DNA of 64,000 bases from contig CAWCYD010000003.1 of NCBI GenBank assembly GCA_963799775.1, forward strand, positions 1,504,001 through 1,568,000, written 5' to 3'. Source of the stretch: an uncultured archaeon. Lineage in GTDB: Archaea; Thermoproteota; Nitrososphaeria; Nitrososphaerales; Gagatemarchaeaceae. Below are positions 33,094-44,128 of the stretch, piece after piece (the stretch's first letter is position 1; each line of letters starts with the position of its first letter). The translations under genes were made by a program, and so were the position numbers. The notes under the pieces were generated by a model. That model saw nothing but the letters and a program-made list of their open reading frames with translations, made no database searches and had not been told where the DNA came from.

Positions 33094-34288
33094 TTAAGGG
33101 TTTGTTGGTGTTGACCGGTTTCTTCGCGCTAAACTGGACAGGCCAGAGATAGGCACCCTGAAAGGCATCAGCCCTGTCAGCTTCAATCTTCGACGAATCA
33201 CGTCAAAGAAGATGATTGCGAGGATACCCTGTCGTGCAACCGCTATCCATTGGTCGGGGCTTGTGATCGCCGCCGGATTGCTGGCATTGAACATCGGTGT
33301 CGCAATCCAGAGGATGAGCATGATGTCCAGGATGTTGACGACGAGAGACATCCGATAGCTCCTTCCCGCGAGGGCGAACAGAGGCAAGGCGAGGATCATG
33401 TACTGGGGCGGGAACTTGTAGCTCACGACGAGGAAACCGACGAGCGCCAGGAAGCACAACTCGCCAAGCTCGAACCTATCCCTCAGCCTCAGCAACAGAA
33501 GCAAGACGCCCACCAAGAGTATGCCCGAGACCACCTTCGCAAGACCATCGTTAGGGATGATGTTGAGCCAGCTGTCTTCGCTGAAGTAACCCGCCTGGAA
33601 AGTGTAAGGATAGACGAATCCCTGAAAATCCCTGAGCATGAAGTAGGCGTTCGTTAGGAGCCAGCTTCCTACGACCGCACCCACGAAACCGAGTCTGCTT
33701 GTCCGGCCTTTGAAACTGAGCAGGATGAAGGGCAGACAGACAGCGGGGATTATTCGCACCGCGATGGCCAGGCCCATCGACACACCTGAAAGAGCAGCTC
33801 TCTGGCGATATGCGAGGTAGATGGAGAGCATCATCAATCCTGCTCCAGCCCAGTCGAAGCTGTAGATCGAGTAGAAGATGAAGACGGGGGTGAAGATGAT
33901 GAAGTGCTCCAGGCTGCTGGTGGAGGAGAGACCACGGAGCAACAACAGCTTCCTCGTCGCGAAGACTGCGACCAGCATGAAGGCGAACAAGAAGATGCTC
34001 ATCATCCAGTAGAACGTGTAGACGTTCTGAGGGGGGACCAACGATGCCGCCCAGAGCAACCAGGCAGAGAGCGCGGGGTACTCCAGCATGTAGTCCGACA
34101 TACGGGATGACCCCCTGTCCATGGATCGCTCCCGCCGTGGCAATCCGCGGGAAGATGGCGCCCGCGAGATCCGTGCCCAGGCTCGGGCTCATCCCGGGAT
34201 AGTGGAGCCAGAAGGCGAGCAAGAAAAAGGCGGAGGCGACCACTACGATGTGGAAGATAGAATCCCTAGATTGTCCGTCGTTTTGCAA
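33094..34288 (-). CDS. GT87-like membrane glycosyltransferase (frameshift)
   Basis: PY.DYMLEYP, SFD, PPQY motifs, many TM helices. Confidence 0.7.
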
Positions 34289-34300
34289 TTTGCAGCACTC

Positions 34301-34735
34301 TCAAGCTTGTTGCATCAGCGTGGTCAGCGGCACGGAGATCCCGCCTTCAAGATGGGATATGTGAACGAGCGCCCCATCCTTCCACTTGACCATGTGACGA
34401 GTGCTCTTCGGAGCAAATTTCGGACCTTGGACGGCAGCCTTGATGACGTTCTCCTTCGGGATCTGCAGCTTGCGGTCCTTCGAGAACACAAGGATGTCTT
34501 CATCGGAGTAATCGACCAGCCAGGCGGAGACGCGGGAGGCCCCTAGCGCCTGGAGCGCGCTCAACCTATGCACTCCGTCGAGCACCACCATCGTCCTCTC
34601 GTCAACCAGGATCGCCTTCTTCACGACACCCGTGGACTGGATTTGCTTCACGACGCGGCGCACCCTGTCCGGCTCCGCGGCCTCGTGCGTCTTCACCTCC
34701 TTAATTGGGACGAGCGCGAAGCGGACCTTCACCAA
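34301..34735 (-). CDS. Stand-alone ParB/Srx N-terminal-domain protein (SerK/SbnI-like)
   Basis: THE, ILVD..VLDGVHR, PKSTRH. Confidence 0.78.
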   Translation of the reverse strand: MVKVRFALVPIKEVKTHEAAEPDRVRRVVKQIQSTGVVKKAILVDERTMVVLDGVHRLSALQALGASRVSAWLVDYSDEDILVFSKDRKLQIPKENVIKAAVQGPKFAPKSTRHMVKWKDGALVHISHLEGGISVPLTTLMQQA

Positions 34736-34823
34736 GGCGAGGGACCGCTCTGGCGGAAGCTGCTCATAAGCCCGGTAGACGTCTGTCCAAGACTTATTAC
34801 CGCTTTGTCGGCAAGCGGACTTC

Positions 34824-34933
34824 GGGCCGGTCGTTCAGCCTGGTTAGGACGTCAGAGCATGTCCGTCAAGCTCTTACACGGCGAAAACGCAAGAGCGTCG
34901 TCACGGCCGAGAGTTCGAATCTCTCCCGGCCCA
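34824..34933 (+). tRNA. tRNA-Val(TAC) with two introns, 28/29 (34854-34869) and 44/45 (34886-34904)
   Basis: Removing both introns gives GGGCCGG/CCGGCCC acceptor, TCGCT-CTTACAC-GGCGA anticodon arm, GAGAG-TTCGAAT-CTCTC; both introns form BHB motifs. Confidence 0.88.
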
Positions 34934-35026
34934 TCCCTCCCCCTAGCCACGCGGGATAGATTTGACCTCTGAATTTCCTCTCCCAAGGGTTAATAGGGGA
35001 AGGCGTATTCTACTGAGAGACACAAA

Positions 35027-35239
35027 GTGACCCGGAGCACCTATCTGTGGAAGTCGGACGACGGCCTGAATCGTGTCGCCAACGTGCGCTACAAGCACGG
35101 CGCCGAGCTTTCGAAGATACCCGGCGTCACCGGGATTGGCATAGGGAAGGACCACATCATCGCGTATGTCTCCAACGAGGCAGCGAAGGTGCCCGAGACC
35201 ATTGAGGGCGTGGCCGTAATCAAGATATTCAAGGCGTAG
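35027..35239 (+). CDS. 70-aa hypothetical protein
   Basis: KHGAELSKIPGVTGIGIG..VPETIEGVAV; TTAATA upstream. Confidence 0.6.
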   Translation: MTRSTYLWKSDDGLNRVANVRYKHGAELSKIPGVTGIGIGKDHIIAYVSNEAAKVPETIEGVAVIKIFKA

Positions 35240-35247
35240 GGCTCTAC

Positions 35248-36433
35248 CAGTATCTCCGAATGAGTGCGGATTTTAGCCGTCGCTCAACAAGTTATGATTT
35301 TGGGGCGTAGGGAGTCTTCACCCCGAAGCCTCAGCTATGATCTCCAATCATCTAGCCAGAGGCTTCGATACCGTCATGATGCGATGCCTGCCCCAGCTAC
35401 TGTGCTTCGAGGTGAAGCCCAGCTACTTGTACACGAAGGCGGACTATATCCGTCTCCTTGTCAACTCGTCTGTACTCAATGCCTACGCGGAAGGAATGAG
35501 CAACGTCTCCAATAAGTTTGGAGCCGGGGTACCGAACTCCGACACCGCGCTTATGCGCTTCAAGAGCATCGAGAGATACGAGCTCCAGAGCGTCGTCTCC
35601 ATCGTCCTCGAGGAGCAGGTAGGCGAGCTGAAGAGAAAGGGGTTGCTGAAGAGACCGGTCCCGATTGCGTTTGATTGGCACGACCAGATGTTTTATGGCG
35701 ATAATGAGACCGACATGGTCAACGGGACGAGGCCAAAGGCCGGCTCTTGCTACGCTTACCAGTACCTCACCGCGAGCATCCTCGCCGATGGGAGGAGGCT
35801 CACGATCGTCCTGACGCCCATCAAGAGCAGGGAGTATCTCTTGGATTACATCGAGGACGCCCTCAACCGGATAAGGAACATGGGAATCAGGGTTAGGTAT
35901 CTCCTCTTCGATGGAGGGTTCTCATCGCTCGAGCTCCCCTCTTGGCTCCAGGAGAACGGATACCTGTATGCAATCCATTTCACGCCCAACCGGCTGACGA
36001 AGAGGATCGACCTCAAGGACGGTCAATCTGTCTCCTATCCTTGCGACAGACCGTTCAAGCTCGTCAGGGTCGACGACGAGGAGACGAAGATCAGCTACCT
36101 CTTCGCCACGAACATGTCGTGCAGGCCGAAGCGCCTGCTGAAGCGTTACAAGACCCGTTGGGGAGTGGAGACCGCCTACAGAGAGCACAACATCTTCCTT
36201 CCGAGGACGAAATCGAAGAGCTTCACGGTTAGGCTACTCTACTACGCGGTGGCAGTATGCCTATACAACGCATGGTGCATCCTGAACTCTTCAGAGCGCA
36301 ACGACAATGGAGAGGACGGACGCGACGATGAAGAGCATATCATCGCATTGGAGGTCAAGGTCTCCCTCCTCCTCACATTCCTAATCCCATTGGCAACCTG
36401 ACGGAGGTGACCCTATGTCATTCGGAGATACTG
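35248..36433 (+). mobile_element. ISH3-like insertion sequence, copy 2 (1186 bp)
   Basis: Same 16-bp TIRs, same length and identical transposase translation as copy 1, opposite orientation. Confidence 0.92.
35337..36401 (+). CDS. DDE transposase (ISH3/IS4-like)
   Basis: Identical to the 14316-15380 protein. Confidence 0.93.
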   Translation: MISNHLARGFDTVMMRCLPQLLCFEVKPSYLYTKADYIRLLVNSSVLNAYAEGMSNVSNKFGAGVPNSDTALMRFKSIERYELQSVVSIVLEEQVGELKRKGLLKRPVPIAFDWHDQMFYGDNETDMVNGTRPKAGSCYAYQYLTASILADGRRLTIVLTPIKSREYLLDYIEDALNRIRNMGIRVRYLLFDGGFSSLELPSWLQENGYLYAIHFTPNRLTKRIDLKDGQSVSYPCDRPFKLVRVDDEETKISYLFATNMSCRPKRLLKRYKTRWGVETAYREHNIFLPRTKSKSFTVRLLYYAVAVCLYNAWCILNSSERNDNGEDGRDDEEHIIALEVKVSLLLTFLIPLAT

Positions 36434-36521
36434 TCAACTCGCACCGCTTTTCGAGGTATCCCCATCAACGATATTCAAAACAGTGCGGGGCTTGAAACGA
36501 GGCAAAAGAGTCGGATGGTAA
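36434..36521 (+). pseudogene. Displaced 3' end (HTH) of the LAGLIDADG gene at 15470-16048
   Basis: (Q)LAPLFEVSPSTIFKTVRGLKRGKRVGW* joins in frame to ..GLTIYQ through the TCAA duplication. Confidence 0.85.
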
Positions 36522-36552
36522 TGACGCCCCTACCCGCCACCAGACGAGACGG

Positions 36553-37495
36553 CTAGCTGCCAGTATATTTGGAGTGCTGCCGGACTATCGCCGTCATCCT
36601 GCACACCCCGCAGACCTCCTGCGAGGAGGGCTTGCCGCACTTCACGCAGGCGAGCGTCTTCTTCTTGGCGGCGGAGTCGTTCGAGAGCCTGGAGGCGACC
36701 TCGAGGGCGGATTTCAATAGGACATTTTTCATGCCCGGATGCCTCGCCTCCATCTCGTTGAGGTAGTCGCGGACCTCGCTCCTCAGGCCCTCGTGCATGT
36801 AGGGGCAGCTCACGCTCTGGAACGGGATCTTCGAGAGGTAGGCGTAGAGGGCTATCTCCTCCTCGTAGACCTCGGTGAAGGGCTTGACCCTGCGGATCGG
36901 GAAGGCCTCGCCGCTCGTCGAGAGGTCGAGCCAGCCGAGCCTGTCGACGTCGCCGTGGAGGAGGTTCATCATGAAGGTCTGGACGTAGTCGTCGAGGTTG
37001 TGCGCCGTGGCGAGCACCTGAACGCCCGCGTTGGCGGCAGCCTCGTCTATCGCCCTCCTGCGGAAGACGCCGCAGATGCTGCAGGAGGAGAGCTCCCTCT
37101 CGTCCTTCCAGTCGAGGGCCTGGTCGAGGCTGAACCCGAAGAGGCCACTGTAGGAGACCAGCACGAGCTCCACGCCCAGCTCCCCGCAAAAGGCCCTCGT
37201 ATGCTCGATGGCCTCGTCGCGGTAGCCCGCAACCCCCTCGTCGACTGTGAGCGCCACCAGGGCCCCCAGGGCCGCCGTTGAGCCCGTGCAGGATCTTGAG
37301 GAGGGAGAGGCTGTCTTTTCCCCCCGAGACGGCCACCCCGACCCTCTCCCCTCGCCGGAGCATCCCGAACTTCGAGATGGTGCGCCTGACCTTCTCGACG
37401 GTGGACTCTCGGAAGCAGTCGGCGCAGAGGCTCTCCCCCGAGTACCTCCTTGTGTAGTATGACGGCTTTTTGCCGCATTTCGAGCAGTCCACCAA
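36553..37495 (-). CDS. TtuA/Ncs6-type tRNA 2-thiolation protein (frameshift)
   Basis: CSKC, SGGKDS PP-loop, CSICGVFRR, TAHNLDD, CPY, C-terminal CVKC..CGVC. Confidence 0.9.
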
Positions 37496-37577
37496 GGAAT
37501 AGAGCCCGGGTGGGGCAGAGTCGGGTCAAACCTTAAAGGGTTCTCATCGAGGCAGCGGGAAAAGAAGGGAACCGGGC

Positions 37578-38915
37578 TTGTCAGAGACACCAGGGACGGA
37601 GGCGCCACCAGCAGAGGCGCCGGATGCAGAGGAGAAGCCGTACAAGCCCGTCTCGCGGTGGTTCCTCTTCTTCATGCTCAGGACGAGGCGCGGACTCGGC
37701 CTCATGGACAAGCTCGGGGAGTGGAGGGTGACAAAGCCGCTCGGATGGGTGATGCTCGCCATCATCCCGTTCGCTGGCTTGTTGGCCCTCTACGTGATAG
37801 CGGTCGAGGTCACGGCGCTCTACTTCTCCCCGCAGGGCCACGCGATCCAGTCGACCGTCCGCACCATCTCGCCCCTGGCGAACTTCCTCCTTCCGGGTAT
37901 CAACCCCTACCTCCCGCTCAGCGTATGGCTGGCGGTAATAGTGGCGGTGGTGATTCACGAGTCGGCGCACGGCATAATCGCGCGCAGCCTCGGCCTAAGG
38001 GTCAAGGCCGCGGGTGTCCTCCTCTTTCTCATCCTGCCCATCGGGGCGTTCGTGGAGGTCGACGACAAGCAGCTCAAGGAGACCCGCAGCAGGGACTCCC
38101 TCCGGGCCCTGGGGGCGGGCTCCGGCATCAACTTCATCGTCGGCGTGGTCTGCGTCCTGCTTCTCATTCTCACCGTCGCTTCGATGGTCCCGGCCACACG
38201 AGGGGCCGCGATCGTGGGCGTAGTGCATCCCTCCGCGACGGTCCAGTCTCCTGCCTACGCCGCGGGCATCCAGCCGGGAGACTTCGTGACGGCCCTCAAC
38301 GGCTCGCCTGTCACGGACCTCGGCGTCCTGCACAACGGGACTTTCTCCGTGGGGGAGAAGGTGAACGTGACCGTCTGGCGCAACGGCCAGACAAGTACAA
38401 TCGACAACGTGGTCCTGAGCAACTACACCGTGACCACGGTCAACGAGACGAGCGGGCAGAGCTCGACTTCGGTCCAGCCGTTCCTAGGGGTGGACGAGGC
38501 GAGCTATTCCAATCTCCAGTCGGTCGCGAGCACCTACGCGAACGCCTACAAGACGTTCCCGCTCGCTTACCTGGTGGAGATCCCCACGTTCGGGAACGCG
38601 CAATACGACGTGCCCTTCTCCAACATCCTCTCTGGCTTCTACACGTCGCCCCTGGGGAGCCTCACTCCGTTCGTGACGCAGGGCCTGTTCTGGTTGTTCT
38701 TCGTCAACTTCAACCTGGCCATCTTCAACAGCCTCCCCATCTACCCGATGGACGGCGGCCAGGCCTTCGAGACCTTCCTGAGGGGAGCCGGTAGGGGGAA
38801 GATCAGCGACGAGCTGGCGAGGAGGGTCACCACGGGCGTGACGCTCGCGATATTCTTCGCGCTCTTCATAGTCATCGCCGGCCCCTACATCACCGGGGCC
38901 TTCTCGCCCGCGTGA
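37578..38915 (+). CDS. Site-2 protease (M50) with PDZ domain
   Basis: HESAH, SPAYAAGIQPGD, NSLPIYPMDGG. Confidence 0.92.
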   Translation: MSETPGTEAPPAEAPDAEEKPYKPVSRWFLFFMLRTRRGLGLMDKLGEWRVTKPLGWVMLAIIPFAGLLALYVIAVEVTALYFSPQGHAIQSTVRTISPLANFLLPGINPYLPLSVWLAVIVAVVIHESAHGIIARSLGLRVKAAGVLLFLILPIGAFVEVDDKQLKETRSRDSLRALGAGSGINFIVGVVCVLLLILTVASMVPATRGAAIVGVVHPSATVQSPAYAAGIQPGDFVTALNGSPVTDLGVLHNGTFSVGEKVNVTVWRNGQTSTIDNVVLSNYTVTTVNETSGQSSTSVQPFLGVDEASYSNLQSVASTYANAYKTFPLAYLVEIPTFGNAQYDVPFSNILSGFYTSPLGSLTPFVTQGLFWLFFVNFNLAIFNSLPIYPMDGGQAFETFLRGAGRGKISDELARRVTTGVTLAIFFALFIVIAGPYITGAFSPA

Positions 38916-38926
38916 CGCGTCCGCCT

Positions 38927-40004
38927 CTACGAACCCTTGTTTGAGATGTCGTAGCGGAGGAGCGCGACTATCCCTCCCAGCGCGGAGACCTGCTTTCCCG
39001 TCTCCAGCGAGGAGTCTGTGAGGAAGATCTTCCCTCCCTTCTTCTCGATGAGGTTGAGCGTCTCCACGAGGGTTGCCTCGTCGACGTTGGTGCCGAAGAC
39101 GTCGTCGGCGACGACGCAGGTCTCGACCGCGCCGGCCTTCGCGGCCTCTGAGACCTTGGGGAGCGCGTAGGCTATCCTCTTCTCGCCCCGCGATATCCTC
39201 CGGATGGCCTCCTCGACGGCCCTCTGGACCTCCACCAGCACGCTGTCCTTCGCCACGTTCCTGAAACCCTCGGACTTGACCAGCGCCCGCACGCCGTCGG
39301 AGCCCGAGAGGTCGAAGCCCTCGACTAGGGTCTCGTTCTTCTTTAGGTCGGGGTCTTTCCTTACGAGGTTCTCCATTACGAGCTTGGTGTTCCCAGGCCC
39401 CGCGATGACGACGACGTCCCCCTCCCTCCACGTCGACTTTAGCAGCTCGAGCACCTTGCGGAAGTAGGGCTGCATGTCAACCTCCTTGGTCCCGGTCCCG
39501 CCCTTGCCGGAGGCACCCGACTCCACGGTCGAGACTATGGTAAGGTGCGACCCGACGAGCAGGCCCACGCCGGCGTCCCTCCTGTCGATCGCCACAAGGA
39601 GGAACCTCTTCTCGGAGACGGTGGAGGACTCGAGGATGCGCGTGTGCGCAGGCGTCCAGTCCTCTTTCTTGATCGTCAGGCTCCTGGCCCGGGGAGATGA
39701 GCAGGGAGTGCGAGCCTGCCTTCGTCACGCTCTCGTCGCTAGCCTCGATGATCTTCCCGCGAATCCTCAGCCGGTCGACGCTGCTGTCGAGGCTTATCCC
39801 CTCGACCTGGAGCGCAATCGTGACCTTGATGCGCTCGCCCTTGTCAGGCCTGGTGTAGTCTCCCTCTCTCTTAGACACCCTGGAGCTCTTAGTGACGACG
39901 ACGTCGCCCGGGGCCAGCAGCCTCCTCAAGGTCCAGAGGTCGTCCGGGGACTCGGGTGTGAGCCGGCATGTTCCTTGCTTGGGTATGAACTCGCTTACTA
40001 TCAA
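38927..40004 (-). CDS. pelA: Pelota/Dom34 (frameshift)
   Basis: DDLWTLRR, RLRIRGKI, AGPG, GGIVALLRY. Confidence 0.93.
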
Positions 40005-40013
40005 GCGAGCATG

Positions 40014-41292
40014 TCACTCGAGCTGTAGGTCTCTGAAAGTGCCTACGCTCAAGCCGTCGGGCAGGTTCTTGATGTCTCCTATCCTGTGCCCCACGATCCC
40101 CTTTACGCTCGCCTTTGCGGCTGCGTCTATCAGCCTCTGCGTGACGATTCCGTCGAACACAAGGTAGGTCGCCCCCGTCGTCTCCATCTTGGGAACGAGC
40201 TCGCTTATCGGCATCCGGCCCTTCTCGTTGAGGTTCTCGTCGAGGACCATCGCCTCTAGCGTCCCGTTTATCGAGGGGAAGACCTCCTTCACCTTGTCGA
40301 CGACGGGTGCCGGGACGGGTGGTGTCGCGGGGGCCGCGGGTGCTCCTTCCTCCACTCTCGGGGCGCGCTCGTATCTGTCATATCGGGGAGCCCTCTCCGG
40401 CCTCTCGCTCCTCTCGAATCTGGGGGTTCTCTCTCGCCTCTCATGCCTCTCGTATCTGTCTGAGCGTTCCCTTGCCTCCCTCGGGTTGCGGCCCGGTAGC
40501 TCTCCTCTGAGCATCTGGTGGACCTCGATGGGCGTCAGGTCCTCGACCTCCTTGCCGTCGGGGGCCCTGATTACCTTCTCGACTCGCATGACCTGGGCGA
40601 GTTCTTTCTCGATGAGGTCGCCGCCCCTGTCCCCGTCAAGGACCGCGATGATCCTCTTCTTCCTGCTGAGGTCGATAACTGCCTGCGGGATGCTGGTGCC
40701 CTCGACCGCGACCACGTTCTCTATTCCTGCCCTTAGGAACAGGACCACGTCGGCTCGGCCCTCTACTATGTAGACGCCGTCAGCGGTGTAGACGCCAGGG
40801 CCTGCGGGGAGGTTCTCGACCCCGAAGTTGACGACGCGCGCCCTCTTCGTGGACTCTTGCACGTCCTTGAGGACGTTCTCGCCCTCGCTCAGAGTGCGCG
40901 AACTCCACTCCTTCATGATGTCCTTGGCGCGGTCAGCGATCTGCTGGCGCTTTGAAGCTCTAACGTCCTCTATCCCCTCGAGGATGGACCCTCGCGGAGC
41001 AAGGGCCGACCTTGTCGACGCTCTCCACAGCGGCAGCGATGAGCGCCGCCGTGCTCACGTCGGTGGACATCGGGATGAGGATCGTGCCCCAGGTCTTGTC
41101 GTTCTTGGACTCTAGATTGATCTCTATGCGTCCGACTTTCCACGTCTTCTGGAGTTCGTTTAGATTCATCTCAGGGCCGAACAGGCCCTCGGTCTGGCCA
41201 AAGATCGCGCCGATCAAGTCGGCCTTCTCGACCACACCGTCTACGTCGAACCTCAGTTTGACGAGGTATTTTACTATCGCCGAATCAGGCAG
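40014..41292 (-). CDS. dnaG: Archaeal DnaG (frameshift near 40975; probable CTG start)
   Basis: VEKADLIGAIFGQTEGL, VEGRADV, DGDRGG, FDGIVTQRL. Confidence 0.95.
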
Positions 41293-41409
41293 TTTCTTTC
41301 AACTCGTTGTTAGCTTGTAACGTTGGTTAGCTTAACTAGGCCGGTCGTGCTTTGGCGGATATTTAAACCCATATGCCTCATCGACGCAAATCAGTCAGTG
41401 GGGTGCTGA

Positions 41410-41850
41410 TCACGAAACGTGGTCGCCTTTTGACTCGGGGGCGAACCTGGAGAGGTTCTCCACGTGCCGGAAGATGCCTCCGGAGGCCGCCGTGAGGCGC
41501 TTGCGCTGGGCGAGCGATGGCTTCACCCCCTCATGGGTCAGGAACTTGACATATCTCGACGCCAGACGCCTCCCCTCGGCGTCCATGTCCGTAAGGATGA
41601 CCATCAGGCGGACGTCCTCTCTAAGCTTCTCCCTGGCGGCCTGGTTGGAGGTGAGGATCGAGACGCTGAATATGGGGCCGGAGTAGCCAAGCGCCTTCAG
41701 TGCCGCGGCGTCCCTCTTCCCCTCTACGAGGACTGCCCCTCCCTCGGCCGCCAGGTCGTTGAGCTCCTTGACGAAGGACTGGAGGAATTCCTCGAACCTT
41801 TGGAACCTCCTCTCGTTTCCTCCCTGGAGCTTGGGCAAGGGGTTGATCAT
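41410..41850 (-). CDS. Small Toprim-domain protein
   Basis: VLVEGKRDAAAL and ILTDMDAEG. Confidence 0.88.
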   Translation of the reverse strand: MINPLPKLQGGNERRFQRFEEFLQSFVKELNDLAAEGGAVLVEGKRDAAALKALGYSGPIFSVSILTSNQAAREKLREDVRLMVILTDMDAEGRRLASRYVKFLTHEGVKPSLAQRKRLTAASGGIFRHVENLSRFAPESKGDHVS

Positions 41851-42217
41851 TATGTGGCCCGCCTCTGAACGGTCCGACTCATCCTGCGGCTTTCGCCGCC
41901 GTTGCCGAGCCTCTTTGTACGGGCCGAGCCTCGTCGCGTCTCGGTCCTAGAAATGGCTTCCGTCTGTAGCACGACTGGGTAAACCCACCAGATTATAGCC
42001 GGTCAGAGCAGGATACTCAAACGATTGGCAGAGGAGAAGAGCCACTAGTAATCTTGCTCAGAGACTGTAGGTGCTTGCGTGCCCCTTGCGCCTTCGGCCT
42101 TCGGAGGGGCTCAACTTCATTATCTATTCAAGATGAGAAATCAAGAGCGAAATGTGGCGCGTGTTTAACCTCGCCAAAATCCAGAGGTTCATGGCCGGGA
42201 GGGGTCAATTGAAAGTC

Positions 42218-42736
42218 TTAAGGCGTGAAGTTGCCCAGGAATACAAGACAGCCAGTACCATTGTACCATTTCTCCGCAATACAGCCATAGAGGCTTTCGC
42301 CAGCTACCGGACCTTTTCCTCCCCCGAAATCCTGAAACTTGGCGAACATTGTTGCCGAACCCCCGTTGGTTAAAGCGGCTGCTGGAATTACAGTGCACGA
42401 GGATGCAGCATCGGTAACGCCGGCGTTGGCTGGCCCGTAATCTAACCAAAGACAAGGGTTGCCCTCACCAAGGCTGGCATACTGCCCGCCACCGGGCAGA
42501 GTGACATCCATAATTTGGAAGGTGCACGTCTTGTTGCTAATGCTGCACCCTTCGAGGTCGACTGCATAGTTAATGGGAATGGTTTCCTCGACGGTTGTTG
42601 CAACGGTGGTTGTTGATGTCTCCGTGATTCTTGTATTTCCCCCCAATCGGGTAACAACGAAACCCATTCCCGATCCGATCAGGAGGCAAACTGCCACTAC
42701 CACGGCGAGTTTGACTCCCGTCAAGTTAGTCTTCAA
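42218..42736 (-). CDS. Membrane-anchored secreted protein, Cys-containing
   Basis: N-terminal TM, Thr linker, six further Cys. Confidence 0.65.
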   Translation of the reverse strand: MKTNLTGVKLAVVVAVCLLIGSGMGFVVTRLGGNTRITETSTTTVATTVEETIPINYAVDLEGCSISNKTCTFQIMDVTLPGGGQYASLGEGNPCLWLDYGPANAGVTDAASSCTVIPAAALTNGGSATMFAKFQDFGGGKGPVAGESLYGCIAEKWYNGTGCLVFLGNFTP

Positions 42737-42826
42737 CTTGGGAAAACGTCCACCTCGGACTTGCGCTTGGTCACTTAAAAAATGAGATTGTCTTGGGAAG
42801 TAGAGTTGGTCGAAAATAGACCCAAT

Positions 42827-44128
42827 TTAGCCAGTTCCCGAACTGCTACTCCACGACTCGGTAAAGTACCCGAGCGTACTTCCACAACAATCTTCGCTCA
42901 TCGCTGACGTTGACGTGTTTGTTGTCCCACTGTTTTCCATGTAGTTCCCAAGCCCCCAGCCGTTGGAATAGTTCGGATAGGCCCCAAACTGTTTCGTGGC
43001 GCCAGTTCCCATCGCATAATCCACGAAATTGAAACTAGAAAACTTTGGCAGGGCGAAGATGCCATGTGTACCATCAGGAGTCTCAAGAATCGCATCTGCG
43101 AAGTACATCGTTGGAATTACGCTATCCGAGTCACGGTGAAGACATCCTTGACTCAAGGTCTCATCAATCGTGTCTGTTACGTAGTAGGATGCGTTAGTGC
43201 CATTCACCTGCCGTTCCGTCCCCGTTTCGGCGAAGATGAGATTTCCCGCAGCCGCATTAATGGAGCAATCGGTAATCTGTCCACCGTTCGAGTTACCTCC
43301 CTTTATCCATTCACTCCAAAGATAGCTGTTGGTGGCGCATGACCCATGAGTGTCACATGTGTAATTCTGGGTGGTTCCGGTTTGGACCACCTCATTCGTC
43401 GAAGAGATACTGCCGAGATAGCCTTCATAGGTGTTGTTCTGCAAGCCTACCCAAAGGGCCAATTCGCACTCTGTTCGCGCGTTTCCGCCGGTTTGCCAAT
43501 TACACTAATCCTGTCCAGAAGGCGGAGTGCTTAGAGTTGGAAGATACCAATCAGCAGCCACATAATCGACAGCGGTAGTATGGGGAGAGCTAGAGTCATT
43601 CGCAACGTAATATCCAGATTGAGTTGGTGAGCTTGTTGGATTGATAGCCGAGGCCGAAGCGTAGCCGTGCTTCACTACACTATAGACGATCCCTAGATTT
43701 GGATTCTCAGCGACGACGAGAACATACTTCGACGTTCCAGATTGCAGGAGGAAGTTGGCGGCCGCGTCGCGCCAAGATACACTGCAGTTAACTTGATCTA
43801 TGTTGAATTCATTGGCGAAACCAGTGTAAGTGGAATTGTAGCCTGATGCCGCCGCCGAGTACTGAGTCGACCCAGATGCGAACGACTGGATGCTCTGGGG
43901 GCTAGATGGGTTTCCCGCATCGGCCATCTCCGCGCTCAGTTTTTGGTTGGAGCAGGCATTGGTGGAGCCGTCAGGATTGCTGGTCGAGCCCGGGCAATAG
44001 TGCGAAAGACCAAAAGAGCTGACCGATCCCACGGCTGTCATCATCCCGAGAACTAGTATCGAGAGCAATACGGCCGCCGAAGCGGTTCTTTGGCTCCCTA
44101 GGATTTTCGTGCCTTCCACTGACTTCAT
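42827..44128 (-). pseudogene. G1 (glutamic) peptidase precursor with in-frame TAG at 43505-43507
   Basis: QSGY, ADWYLP, LWVGL, VVQTGT (catalytic Q), WSEW, AILETP (catalytic E), LPKF; both ORFs share one frame. Confidence 0.72.
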
